From positions 74,354,418 to 74,399,672 of the forward strand of contig NC_057711.1 in NCBI RefSeq assembly GCF_004010195.1: a stretch of DNA of 45,255 bases, written 5' to 3'. This document shows, piece by piece, positions 1 to 12,744 of this stretch. A model generated the notes under the pieces. It was not told where the DNA came from. It was given only the letters and a program-made list of their open reading frames with translations, and made no database searches. Every line of letters begins with the position of its first letter. Positions within the stretch are counted from its first letter, which is position 1. The DNA is from Chiloscyllium plagiosum (lineage: Eukaryota). The position numbers and the translations under genes are program-made.

Positions 1-3000
1 CTGAGAGACCACTACACCGTGCTGCTGTGAGACCACCACACTGTGCTACTGTGAGACCACCATACCGTGCTACTGAGAGACCATCACACCGTGCTACTGA
101 GAGACCACCACACCGTGCTACTGAGAGACCACCACACCGTGCTGCTGAGAGACCACCACACCGTGCTGCTGTGAGACCACCACACCGTGCTACTGAGAGA
201 CCACCACAACGTGCTACTGAAAGACCACCACACCGTGCTGCTGAGAGCCCACCAGATCGTGCTGCTGAGAGTCCACCACACCGTGCAGTTGAGAGACCAC
301 CACACCGTGCTGCTGTGAGACCATCACACCGTGCTACTGAGAGACCACCACACCGTGCTACTGAGAGACCACCACACCGTGCTACTGAGAGACCACCATA
401 CCGTGCTACTGTGAGACCACCACACCGTGCTACTGTGAGACCATCACGCCGTGCTACTGAGAGACCACCACACCGTGCTCTTGAGAGATCAACGCACCGT
501 ATTACTGAGAGACCACCACATCGTGCTGCTGAGGGACCACCACACTGTGTTACTGAGTGACCACCACACCATGTTACTGATAGTCCACCACAATGTGCTA
601 CTGAGAGACCACCACACCGTGCTGCTGTGAGACCATCACACCGTGCTACTGAGAGACCAACACACCGTGCTACTGTGAGACCACCACACCGTGCTGCTGA
701 GAGACCACCACACCGTGCTGCTGAGAGAACACCACACCGTGCTGCTGAGAGACCATCACACCGTGCTACTGAGAGACCATCACACCGTGGTACTGAGAGA
801 CCATCACACCGTGCTACTGAGAGACCATCACACCGTGCTGCTGTGAGACCTCCACACTGTGCTACTGTGAGACCACCACACCGTGCCGCAGGAAGACCAC
901 CACACCGTGGTACTAAGGGAACACCACACCGTGCTACTGTGAGACCACCACACCGTGCTACTGAGAGACCACCAAACCCTGCAGCTGAGAGACCACCACA
1001 CCGTGCTACCATGAGACCACCACACCGTGCTACTGAGAGACCACCACACCGTGATACTGAGAGACCACCACACCATGCTGCTGAGAGACCACCACACCGT
1101 GCTACTGAGAGACCACCACTCCGTGCTGCTGAGAGACCACCACACCGTGCTCCTGAGAGACCACCACACCGTGCTGCTGAGAGACCACCTCACCTTGCTG
1201 CTGTGAGACCACCACACCGTTCTGCTGTGAGACCACCACACATTGCTGCTGAGAGACCACCACACCGTGTTATTGTGAGACCACCACATGTTGCTGCTGA
1301 GGGATCATCACACCGTGCTACTGTGAGACCACCACACCGTGCTACTGAGAGACAACCACACCGTGCTACTGAGAGACCACCACAACAACGTGCTGAGAGA
1401 CCACCACACCGTGCTGCTGAGTGACCATCACACCGTGCTGCTGAGAGACCACCACACCTTGCTGCTGTGAGACCACCACACAGTGCTGCTGAGAGACCAC
1501 CACACCGTGTTATTGTGAGACCACCACACCGTGCTACTGAGAGACCACCACACCGTGCTGCTGTGAGACCACCACACCGTGCGACTGAGAGACAACCACA
1601 ATGTTCTGCTGTGAGACCACCACACCGTGCAGCTGAGAGACCACCACACGGTGCTACTGAGAGACCACCACACCGTGCTGCTAAGAGACCACCACACCAT
1701 GCAGCTGAGAGACCACCACACGGTGCTACTGAGAGACCACCACACCGTGCTGCTGAGAGACAACCACACCGTGCTACTGAGAGACCACCACACCGTGCTG
1801 CTGAGAGACCACCACACCATGCTGCTGAGGGACCACCACACCGTGCTGCTGTGAGACCACCACACCGTGCTACTGAGAGACCACCACAACGTGCTACTGA
1901 GAGAGCACCACACCGTGCCGCTGAGGGACCACCACACCTTGCTGCTGTTAGACCATCACACCGTGCTGCTGAGAGACCACCACACCGTGCTACTGAGAGA
2001 CCACCACACCGTGCTGCTGAGAGACCACCACACCGTGCTGCTGAGGGACCACCACACCGTGCTGCTGTGAGACCACCACACCGTGCTACTGAGAGACCAC
2101 CACAACGTGCTCCTGAGAGACCACCACACCGTGTTCCTGAGGGATCACAACACTGTGTTACTGAGTGACCACCACACCGTGTTACTGAGAGTCCACCACA
2201 ATGTGCTGCTGAGAGACCATCACACCGTGCTGCTGTGAGACCACCACACCATGCTGCTGAGAGACCACCACACCGTGCTGCTGAGAGACCACCACACCAT
2301 GCTGCTGAGAGACCATCACACCGTGCTGCTGTGAGACCACCACACCATGCTGCTGAGAGACCATCACACCGTGCTGCTGAGAGACCACAACACCGTGCAG
2401 CTGAGAGACCACCGCACAGTGCTGCTGTGTTACTGAGTGACCACCATATCGTTCTGCTGAGAGACCACCACACCGTGTTACTGTCAGAACACGACACCGT
2501 GTTACTGAGAGTCCACCACACCGTGCTGTTGTGAGACCACCGCACGGTGTTACTGAGAGACCACCACACCGTGCTGTTGAGAGACCACCGCACCGTGTTA
2601 CTGAGTGACCACCATATCGTTCTGCTGAGGGACCACCACACCGTGTTACTGACAGAACACGACACCGTGTTACTGAGAGTCCACCACAATGTGCTGCTGA
2701 GAGACCACCACAACGTGCTGCTGTGAGACCACCACACCGTGCTGCTGAGAGTCCACCACACCGTGCAGCTGAGAGACCACCACACCGTGCTACTGTGAGA
2801 CCATCATACCGTGCTACTGTGAGACCACCACACAGTGCTGCTGAGAGACCACCACACCGTGCTACTGAGAGACCACCACCGCGTGCTACTGAGAGACCAC
2901 TACACCGTGCTGCTGTGAGACCACCACACCATGCTACTGAGAGACCACCACACCGTGCTGCTGAGAGACCCCCACACAGTGCTGCTGAGTGACCATCACA

Positions 3001-6000
3001 CCATGCTACTGTGAGACCACCACAGCGTGCTACTGAGAGACCACCACACCATGCTGCTGAGAGACCACCACACCGTGCTGCTAAGAGACCACCACACCGT
3101 GCTACTGAGAGACCACCACACCGTGCAGCTGAGAGACCACCATACCGTGCAGCTGAGAGACCACCACACAGTGCTGCTGTGAGACCACCACACCGTGCTA
3201 CTGAGAGACCACCACACCGTGCAGCTGAGAGACCACCACACCGTGTTACTGAGAGACCACTACACCATGCTACTGTGAGACCACCACACAGTGCTGCTGA
3301 GAGACCACTACACCATGCTACTGTGAGACCATCACACCGTGCTGCTGTGAGACCACCACACCATGCTGCTGGGAGACCACCACACCGTGTTACTAAGAGA
3401 CCACCACACCGTGTTACTGAGAGACCACCACACCGTGCTGCTGCGAGATCACCACACCGTGCTGCTGTGAGACCACCACACCGTGTTACTGAGAGACCAC
3501 TACACCATGCTACTGTGAGACCACCACACAGTGCTGCTGAGGGACCATCACACCGTGCTGCTGTGAGACCACCACACCATGCTGCTGGGAGACCACCACA
3601 CCGTGTTACTAAGAGACCACCACACCGTGTTACTGAGAGACCACCACACCGTGCTGCTGCGAGATCACCACACCGTGCTGCTGAGAGATCATCACACCGT
3701 GCTGCTGTGAGACCACCACACCATGCTGCTGTGAGACCACCACACCGTGTTACTAAGAGACCACCACACCGTGTTACTGAGAGACCACCACACCGTGCTG
3801 CTGTGAGACTACCACACAGTGCTGCTGAGAGACCACCACACCGTGTCACTGTGAGACCACCACACCGTGCTGCTGAGGGACCATCACACCGTGCTGCTGT
3901 GGGACCACCACACCGTTCTACTGAGAGACCACCACACCATGCTGCTGAGAGACCACCACTCCTTGCTACTGAGAGACTACCACACCGTGCTGCTGAGAGA
4001 CCACCACACCGTGCTGCTGAGGGACCATCACACCATGCTTTTGAGAGACCACCACTCCGTGCTGCTGAGAGACCACCACACCGTGCTACTGAGAGACCAC
4101 CACACCGTGCTGCTGAGGGACCATCACACCATGCTACTGAGAGACCACCACACCGTGCTGCTGAGGGACCATCACACCATGCTACTGTGAGACCATCACA
4201 CCGTGCTACTGAGAGACCACCACACCATGCTGCTGGGAGACACCACACCGTGCTACTGAGAGACCATCACACCGTGCTACTGAGAGACCAACACACCGTG
4301 CTCATGAGAGACCACCACACCGTGCTACTGAGAGACCATCACACCGTGCTGCTGAGGGACCATCACACCATGCTACTGTGAGATCACCACACCGTGCTGC
4401 TGAGGGACCATCACACCGTGCTACTGAAGACCACCACACCGTGCTGCTGAGAGACCATCACACTGTGCAACTGAGAGACCACCACACCGTGCTACTGAGA
4501 GACCACCACACAGTGCAACTGAAGACCACCACACCGTGCTACTGAGAGACCATCACACCGTGCTACTGAGAGACCACCACACCGTGCTGCTGAGAGACCA
4601 TCACACCGTGCTACTGAGTGACGACCACACCGTGCTGCTGAGGGACCACCACAGCTTGCTACTGAGAGACCACCACACCTGGCTACTGAGAGACCACCAC
4701 ACCGTGCTACTGAGAGACTACCACACCATGCTACTGTGAGACCACCACACCGTGCTGCTGAGGGACCACCACACCGTGCTACTGAGAGACCACCACACCT
4801 TGCTACTGAGAGACCACCACACCGTGCTCCTGAGACCACCACACCGTGCTGCTGTGAGACCACCACACCGTGTTAATGAGAGACCACCACACCTTGCTAC
4901 TGTGAGACCACCACACCTTGCTACTGAGAGACTACCACACCGTGCTACTGAGAGACCACCACACCGTGCTACAAAGAGACCACCACACCGTGCTACTGAG
5001 AGACCACCGCACCGTGTTACTGAGAGACCACCACATCGTGCTGCTGAGAGACCACATCACCATGCTACTGTGAGACCACCACACCGTGCTACTGCGAGAC
5101 CACCACACCGTGCTGCTGAGAGACCACTACACCATGCTACTGTGAGACCACCACACCGTGCTACTGTGAGACCACCACACCGTGGTGCTGAGAGACCACC
5201 ACACCGTGCTGTTGAGAGACCACCACACCGTGCTACTGAGAGACCACCACACCGTGCTACTGTGAGACCACCACACCGTGATGCTTAGGGACCATCACAT
5301 CGTGCTACTGTGAGACCACCACACCGTGCTGCTAAGAGATCACCACACCGTGCTACTGAGAGACCATCACACCGTGCTACTGAGAGACCACCACACCGTG
5401 CGACTGAGAGACCACCACACCGTGCGACTGAGAGACCACCACACCATGCTACTGAGGGACCACCACACCGTGCTACTGAGAGACCACCACACCATGCTAC
5501 TGTGAGACCACCACACCATGCTACTGTGAGACCACCACACCGTGCTGCTGAGAGACTACCACACCGTGCTGCTGAGGGACCATCACATCTTGCTACTGTG
5601 AGACCACCACACCGTGCTGCTGAGAGACTACCACACCGTGCTGCTAAGAGATCACCACACCGTGCTACTGAGAGACCACCACACCGTGCTACTGAGAGAC
5701 CACAACACCGTGCTACTGAGAGACCACCACACCGTGCTGCTGTGAGACCACCACACCGTGCTGCTGAGAGACCACCACACCGTGCTACTGAGAGACCACC
5801 ACACCGTGCTACTGAGAGACCACCACACCGTGCTGCTGTGAGACCACCACACCGTGCTGCTGTGAGTCCACCACACCGTGCTACTGAGAGACCACCACAC
5901 CGTGCTACTGAGAGACCACCACACTGTGCTACTGTGAGACCACAACACCGTGCTACTGAGAGACCACCATGCCAGGCCACTGAGAGATGACAATACCATG

Positions 6001-6090
6001 CTGCTGACAGACTACCACACCGAGTCTCTGATAGACGATCATGCCTGGCCACTCACAGACCACCGTGCCAGACCATCGAAAGACTCCCAT
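1..6090. repeat. 24-bp minisatellite array, consensus CTGAGAGACCACCACACCGTGCT(A/G), about 250 units, open at the left edge
   Basis: Period read directly from the sequence. Variant units include CTGTGAGA, GAGGGA, CCATG and GTGTTA. Units become highly degenerate from ~5965 to ~6090. Confidence 0.98.
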
Positions 6091-6438
6091 GCCACAACAC
6101 AGTGATCATATAAAATCAAAGTTTTACATTCGGCTGTAAGTCGAGACTTTGAAGTTAAAAGACCTTAGATACCCTTCCCTCCCTGAATTAACAAACAAAG
6201 TTTGGCAGATTTTGAAAAAAAACATTGTAAAGTAAAACAAAAAATAGAAATAAAAGAAGGAGCATGTATGCTCAAGCACATATTTCCAAAATTGAATGAA
6301 TAAAACAATTGGTTTAGTTTCTTGAATATATCATGGGCAATGGGGAATTTGCATTCTATCAAGATGCAGTCATGGAGATCAGGTGTCCTCCCTCCTTGTC
6401 TGTCAACTCTACATGAAATTGCCCAGAACTGGAACTAG

Positions 6439-6546
6439 GATCTGGATTAGTGGTGCTGGAAGAGCACAGCAGTTCAGGCAGCATCCAAGGAGCAGCGAAA
6501 TCGACGTTTCAGGCCAAAGCCCTTCATCAGGAATAATCAGTTTTTT
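6439..6546 (-). mobile_element. Short Penelope-like terminal (pLTR) insert carrying a hammerhead motif, flanked by a 16-bp duplication
   Basis: Similar to the PLE end at 34183-34300. CCAGAACTGGAACTAG occurs at 6423-6438 and 6547-6562. Confidence 0.85.
6500..6533 (-). ncRNA. Minimal type I hammerhead ribozyme motif (PLE type)
   Basis: Minus strand reads ttc-CTGATGA-a-gggc-tttg-gcct-GAAA-cg-TC-gat. Core is intact and stem III is the palindrome ACGU, but stem I is only about 2 bp. Confidence 0.7.
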
Positions 6547-8390
6547 CCAGAACTGGAACTAGCTTACTTGTCTGCTCAGGACATTAAAGTATAAACAACC
6601 TCTTAAACATTCTTTTGAGAAGACATAAAAAATTCAACAGAACTTTCCTGTGGATTTAACAACCATTATTGTCCAAAGGCCTTCAGAAAATTACACAAAA
6701 TAATCACATAACTGTAGTGGCAGTTGGATGAAATTCCACAGAATGTTTGTGGGGACAAAAAAGCTATTTCTTTTCCAAGAAGATGCAAATGGCTGACATT
6801 CAAACACCTTTGTACGTCAACGCTATTATCATCAAGGATTTGCCTGGGCATTGTGTGTACCGATGCTATCACCACCTGACAGAAACCAGTTTATGATAAG
6901 GGACATTTATTAATAGACATTTCAAAAGCAGTCTCATACCTATCAGTGTCTGAGACAAGAGACCACAAAGGGAAGACATCTTGCCCAGCAACAGAAGAAC
7001 ACTGTCTGAAATCCATTAACAAATACAGAAGTGCAGCTAACATTTTTGTAACTTGTACAGTTAAGCTGGACCTTCCCTAATGGGCCCAATTGCATCTCAC
7101 GTGGAGCAAAGGTAGAAAATGCTTTTGCAAGGAATTTCAAAGATAGTGGGCTAAACCTTCCTATAGGGCTGACCCAGATCAAAAAAAAATCACTTACCTT
7201 TACAGGAGTTTTTGTCTGAACTTCCAGGCAGACCAATATAGCACATGTAACAGTGGAGTGATCAGTGTTGAGCTGCCCTATACATAAATAGCTGCCATAT
7301 TCCATGGTTTAAACATCACCAAGTTATTTTTACAGTTAGCAAGTGAGTATACTTGTGAAAAGTAAGGGAGGAGTACAAATGTCAGGTTGTTGATGAATAT
7401 ACGTGCCAGGTGAGTTGGAGTAGGGGGTCAGTTGGGTGGTGTAGGATGCCAGGTGGCTGGGAGTTAGAGAGCCTGTTAAGTGAGGGGTAAAACTGCCAAG
7501 TGGGTATGAGATACAGGTAGTATGTGGGCTGGAGGTTCCCTGATAGCTTGGTAGGAGTAAATTGGTAGGTGAGTCACATGGCAGCTAAGTGGATGAGAGT
7601 TTAGTTTAGACTGGGGATCCTGCTGGATTGGGGATTGTGGGGCAGTTGGAATGAATTCAATCTGGGTGGGAACGTAGGTTCTGGGAGAGGATTTGGGGAA
7701 AGAATAATTTCAGGGTAAGTTGGTGGGTATCACTGGAATGTTGAGGGGTGATTGGACTCATTGGGTTCTCAAGACTCCAGTGGGGTTGAGAGGAAGTCAG
7801 AGGTTGGATCTGGTGACTATGAGATATTGGCGAGCCTAGTCAAATGCTGGGTTGTGTCTGCAAGAGGGATAGCAGGAGTCTGTGAGTTGGATAATAGGGG
7901 TGGTGGTGTAGTTGGGTTTTGGCAGGGGATTCAGATGTCCATGGGAGTCAGGAGCAGTTAGAGATGGGTAGGTCAGAGAGTTCAGGGTTAGGGGTGGGGA
8001 TTCAATTTGATAATTACCCAGAAGTAAGTTAGGATCAGTTTTAATGGGTTTTTTTGCTGGATATAGTTAAGCTAAGCAAGTCAGAATCCTAAAATTTTCT
8101 GATTCCCACTTGGAGTTGGAGACTTTTCAGAGTGTTCCAGGTACCAAATGATTTCCCCTTGGAAAGTTAAACTTCTTGGGAAATTCTTGCAGGGTCATCT
8201 GCATGAGGATTTCTGCATTACTTGGAGGTAAAACTGTAGTATCCTCCTCAATAACAGCTAAATATCTATTGGAAGTACTGAGCTCGTGGGATCTGAAAAC
8301 AGAGTATTTGAAAGATCAACTTGGTATTAGTTGAATGAATAATATTAATTCTATGTAATAGTGTAACCTGCCTTTATATTTCTGTTGTCA

Positions 8391-8694
8391 GGAGGTGATG
8401 GTTAGCACTGGGGACCTGGGTTTGATTCCAGCCTCAGGTGACTGTCAGTGTGGAGTTTGCACTTTCTCCCTATGTCTGCATGGGTTTCCTCTGGGTGCTC
8501 TGGTTTCCTCCCACAATCCAAAGATGTGCAGGTTAGGTGAATTGGTCATAGTGTTCAAGTATGTGTAGGTTAGGTGCATTAGTCAGGGGTAAATATAGAG
8601 TAATGGGGTAAGGGGACGGGTCTGGATGGGATACTTTTTGGAGGTTGGTATGGACTTGTTGGGCCAATGAATGTTTCCACAAAGTTGGGATCCT
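8391..8694 (+). mobile_element. tRNA-derived SINE (shark HE1-like), diverged, head partly deleted
   Basis: Matches the reverse complement of 22694-23004 (gtgtggagtttgcac...gggtttcct...ctcccacaatccaaagatgtgcaggttagg). Confidence 0.85.
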
Positions 8695-9766
8695 AGTATA
8701 AAATTAGGGCTATGTATTCACAAACTCTAAAATGACACAACAGGAATTGGTAGGGGGATATAGATAAGGTCTGAAATTGTTAAAGTTGATGTTCAGCCTG
8801 AAGGTTGGCAAAGTACCATGAATAAGTTGAGAAACAGTTTCTGAGATTAGCATGAATCATGGTTAGTACAGAGGAGGGAGTAAATCAGAAATTTTGGAGT
8901 TGAGATGCAAGGTGAAATTGAAGGGCCACAGAGATGTTGAGATCTATACTGCCGGCATAAAGAAGAAATCACTCTGTTGTGACTGAAGTTGGAGGAACAC
9001 CTCTTTCCCTCATCCAACTATTGTAATAGTCACAACATAAATTTAAGTGCTTTACCCGGTTAACAATATGGCTGCTTATACACTTTATCTATATTCATTA
9101 TAGATTATTCACAGAAGTCTCTGTCAGTAGGCTGTACCCTAACCAAACTGCCAACAATGTCTAAACCTAAACTATAAACACAGGCAAATAAACAGGTCCA
9201 ATCAATTTGCTTCCGACAAGTGACTTCAAAATGTATACATTAAAAGAAAGGTCTCCAGTGTCTTTGTGATGACCTATTTCAGAAATACGCAGCCAGGTAT
9301 TTCTTCAACACTTCAAATAAAACTCTACCTGCAGTCCTTCAAGATGAATCTTCAAAAATACCAATAATAATAAAACATTTTCATGACACCTCCACCCTTG
9401 GAAAAACAAAACGCCATTTTTAAATGTGTTTCATTACAAATTGTAAACAAACAAAATATTTTAAAAATTAAGACGTATTCACACTCGCTGTCATTCACTC
9501 TTTACAATTAATTCTAAACTGACTTCTCACTTAGTCCTTGGGGCAGGGAGCTCCACAAATGCTGGTAGTTTTGCTGTACTTGACTGCATTTGTCTTTGCC
9601 CTTAGTAGGTTACCCTATATTTGCAGCTTCGCTTGTTAAAGTTTATCATCAAGACATCGACTAGAATCTTATAACCAAAGCCTTGGGTTGCTCCAGATTA
9701 TCTTCCAAGTAACACCGCATACCCACACGTCCACAAGATAGGCCATACATCAGAACTGGAATTAGG

Positions 9767-10040
9767 TTTTATTGTTACGAGGATGATGTACAGGGGTACA
9801 GGAGTACAAGTGAAAAATTTACAATGTTACCATTTATCATGCCACCTTAGGTATAAGTTACCTCGGTACAAACTCTTATGTAATGAGTCGTTGCTGTCAT
9901 CGCCTTTGCCTCCATGACTGTGCATCCTCCAGATGGTAAATAGAAAACTAAAAACAAACAGAAAAGGAGAGAAAGGCAGAAACAAAAGTGGTTGGAGTGG
10001 ATCAACTCCAGCTCAGGAGCGTTACTATACTGTCATCTTG
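9767..10040 (-). mobile_element. Non-autonomous LINE-like repeat, related to the element at 42305-43190
   Basis: Shares tttattgt...tacaagtgaaaaatttaca...ccaccttaggtataagttacctcggtaca with 42305-42400. AATAAA lies at the minus-strand 3' end. Confidence 0.5.
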
Positions 10041-10235
10041 ATGTGGTAGGAGTGTCGCCTGCTGTTTGAATCATTGGCATCTGAGAAGTTGCTGGAACAT
10101 TTTAACTTCACCCAAACAACATTACTCAGCATGGGAAAAGACCATGTCATGTGACAAAGACTGATATTTCTTTAGCTCAGGGTGGAACTATCCAGTATTG
10201 CCTTTAGAAATATAAGTGAAACATTGAGTGACACC

Positions 10236-12300
10236 CAAAGCTTTTGTTACAGTATTGATACTGCTGTAGCTGATCCAGAATCTCATTGAAACACTAAGCT
10301 TAGGCACTAACACAACTGGGAACTCCAGCTGCTTCAATTGAGATGTGTTAGTGCTTTTCCCACATGCACTGGATTTCTGCTTTCAATTGGGCCTATTTTC
10401 CGGATATAAGCAATAAGGATATTGTGGTTTTCCTACTTCCACATTAAGTGTGGCTAAACATGTGTCCCCTGGATTGTCCCTACAAGCTCCTTTAAATTTT
10501 ATGAATAGCTTTGTTTGATCTCTTCATGTTTCTGCCTCTAAATATGAAAATATGATATCTAACCTCTCCAATAACTCAGTGTTAACTAATTACAGAGAAG
10601 GAGTTTCAATCTGGAGATTCCTCAGGCCTCCTTTTCCCTCATCCTCGCTAAGTCTATAGTCCTCCAATATTTCTATTACCTGACATATTTGTTCTTGCTT
10701 ATCCTTTTCCTGGGGTGATATTTCTTCAACATAATGCTAGGACAAAATGATTACATGTTCTAGTGATCTGGGGTGTCAATCAAATTATTTCTCTTCCTAA
10801 TGTTTTTGAGTACCCAGTATGGTAGCTGGTTTTTCCGTGGTTCTGTAAAGACAGAAATGCTAATCATCATTTTGAGTGTTGGTGATAACATTCAAAAGCC
10901 CCTTGTGTCTGTAGGTGATATGTTGAGGATTTTAACTCTGTTACACCCAAGCTACTGATAAATTCCTGAAAAAGTTTAGGCAAGGAATTAGAATCTTGAT
11001 CTGGTTGAATCTCCATCAGAAACCATATTGAGTGAAAAGTTTGGATCAGTTCTCTACCATTATCCCAGCAGAAATTGTTCTCAAGAGACTGAGAGCAGTA
11101 TTTAAAAAAGGAAGAATATAATGATATCTTAGTACTGTTTTCAGTAAAAGTCCCACATAGTTTGCCAACAGCCTTCTAAATGGGTCCCCAAAAACTGCTA
11201 TGGGAATTAATGGATTGTGGACTCTTTTCACACACTCTGGCATGTACGACAAGCTTTACGAAACCACAACATGTCTTTGTTCAATCTTGAGCAGTAAAGC
11301 TGTTCACTGATATGTGCTTTAGCCTTCTGGATCCATGCATACCCAATCATAGAAATTTCATGAGTTATCCTAATGTCCCCTGATGATATTTGGGTGGCAA
11401 TGTTCTCTGTGGAACAAATGTCTACTCTTTGTCTGAAAGTCTACAAGGAAGTCTCGGACATATTCTTCAGAATCCCATTGTTAAAATAATAGCATTCTGG
11501 AACTCTCTGCTTCAGTTTTCAGAATTGTACTACTTAATACTGGATCAGCTTGATTCAATCTGAGAAGACTTATAGAAGTTCTCCTCTAAATTATCCAATT
11601 ACACAATGAAAATTTCAGGTCATCAAAAATCCACCTCTGCTCCAATTAAACACCCAATGATGAAACCTGTTTAACCTTTACTTGGGTCACTGCACTTGAA
11701 GGAAAAGTTTGTGGAATCTTTTCCTGCAATTGGTCTGACTCCTTGATCTCACTTGGTCTTTCTATATCTTTGCTCATTCCCCAAGAGTAGTTCAAGTCCA
11801 TCGGCAATTAAACTACGATACCTCCTACAGTAACATTTCTACACAGCTCAGATGTATGGGTATATATCCACTGTCGAAATCATTCACTAATATGCTCGCT
11901 GTTATAAAAGTTATGTCTTTCCGTTACAAATCATAATCATAACAATGGATGAATCTGCTTCATTTGAGGGTGATAGAGTTATCTTCTTTTGACAAGAATT
12001 TCCTGTAGCTTTTGGGAACCTTTTTCACCTCCCCCTGACATTCACACTTGGTCTTACAGCTGCATTCAGAGCTAGAGCTAAGTCTCTTGAAATCACAATT
12101 AGGGCTCCTTTCTCTGCATTGATCTTATATATCTCAATAAGTCCTTTGGGTTTATCCCAACTCCAGCAATCCAGACAAAAGTTCATTTAACTTTGCGGCA
12201 ATTGAAACACTTGAGCTTTCAGACAACATTTCATCCATAGCAACTGGGTGTAACCATTGAACAGCCATACAATACAGTGGTTATGTGAACAGATCAGAGG
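10236..12300 (-). mobile_element. Decayed Gypsy/Metaviridae LTR-retrotransposon internal region with PR-IN-RT order (Gmr1-like)
   Basis: Manual minus-strand translation across frameshifts. Protease C-part DGLELLLGNE (~11771-11805). Integrase Zn finger THEISMIGY...ACRTCQ (~11235-11370), PLIPIAVFGDPFRR...VGLL (~11145-11215), core EIQPDQDSN (~10987-11013) and C-term LIDTPD...MLKKYH (~10712-10785). RT N-term SSWSS.VVLVPK....RF..SY..INTVTK (~10240-10332). Confidence 0.8.
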
Positions 12301-12397
12301 CTCAGATTTGATAATATGAGTAGCTCAACTCCTAAATTTGCAAATTCCAAATTTACCTAGCATAAGCCTATTTTGAAGTCAGTGGACACATTTTCAT

Positions 12398-12738
12398 ATC
12401 ATAAAATCCCTACAGGGTGGAAACAGACCATTCAGCCCAACAAGTCCACACTGACCCTGTGAAAAGTAATCGACCCAGCCCCATTCCTCTACCTTATTAC
12501 TCGATATTTATTCCAACTAATGCATCTCACTTACACACCCCTGAACACTAACATGGCCAATTCACCTAACCTGCACATCTTTGGACTGTGGGAGGAAACC
12601 GGAGCACCCGGAGGAAACCCACGCAGACACTGGGAGAATGTGCAAACTCCACACAGATAGTCACCCAATGCTGGAATTGAACGGAGGTCCCTGGCGCTGT
12701 GAGGCAGCAGTGCTAACCACTGAGCCACCTTGCCGCCC
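12398..12738 (-). mobile_element. tRNA-derived SINE (HE1-like), near full length
   Basis: Minus strand has A-box TGGCTCAGTGG and B-box-like GTTCAATTCC. Body is nearly identical to 22694-23004, with a CR1-like tail. Confidence 0.92.
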
Positions 12739-12744
12739 AACATG

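Noticed and set aside
1479..1485. V(D)J RSS heptamers (CACAGTG here, CACCGTG in most units)
   Set aside because: No ACAAAAACC-like nonamer at 12 or 23 bp, and no V, D or J segments nearby.
1..6000. CRISPR-like array
   Set aside because: Units are contiguous with no unique spacers, no cas genes are present and the context is eukaryotic.
27..6052. Long ORFs (up to 688 aa) of RPPHRATE / CGGLSAAR / LLRDHHTV / VWWSLSST repeats
   Set aside because: A 24-bp unit without stops in several frames opens ORFs on both strands. Indels switch frames freely and there are no non-repetitive domains.
6943..7265. Ly6/three-finger-like reading SLHCYMC...SCK|GKVQLNCTSYKNVSC on the minus strand
   Set aside because: An in-frame TGA lies directly upstream with no acceptor between, the intron position is atypical, and there is no terminal CCxxDxCN motif.
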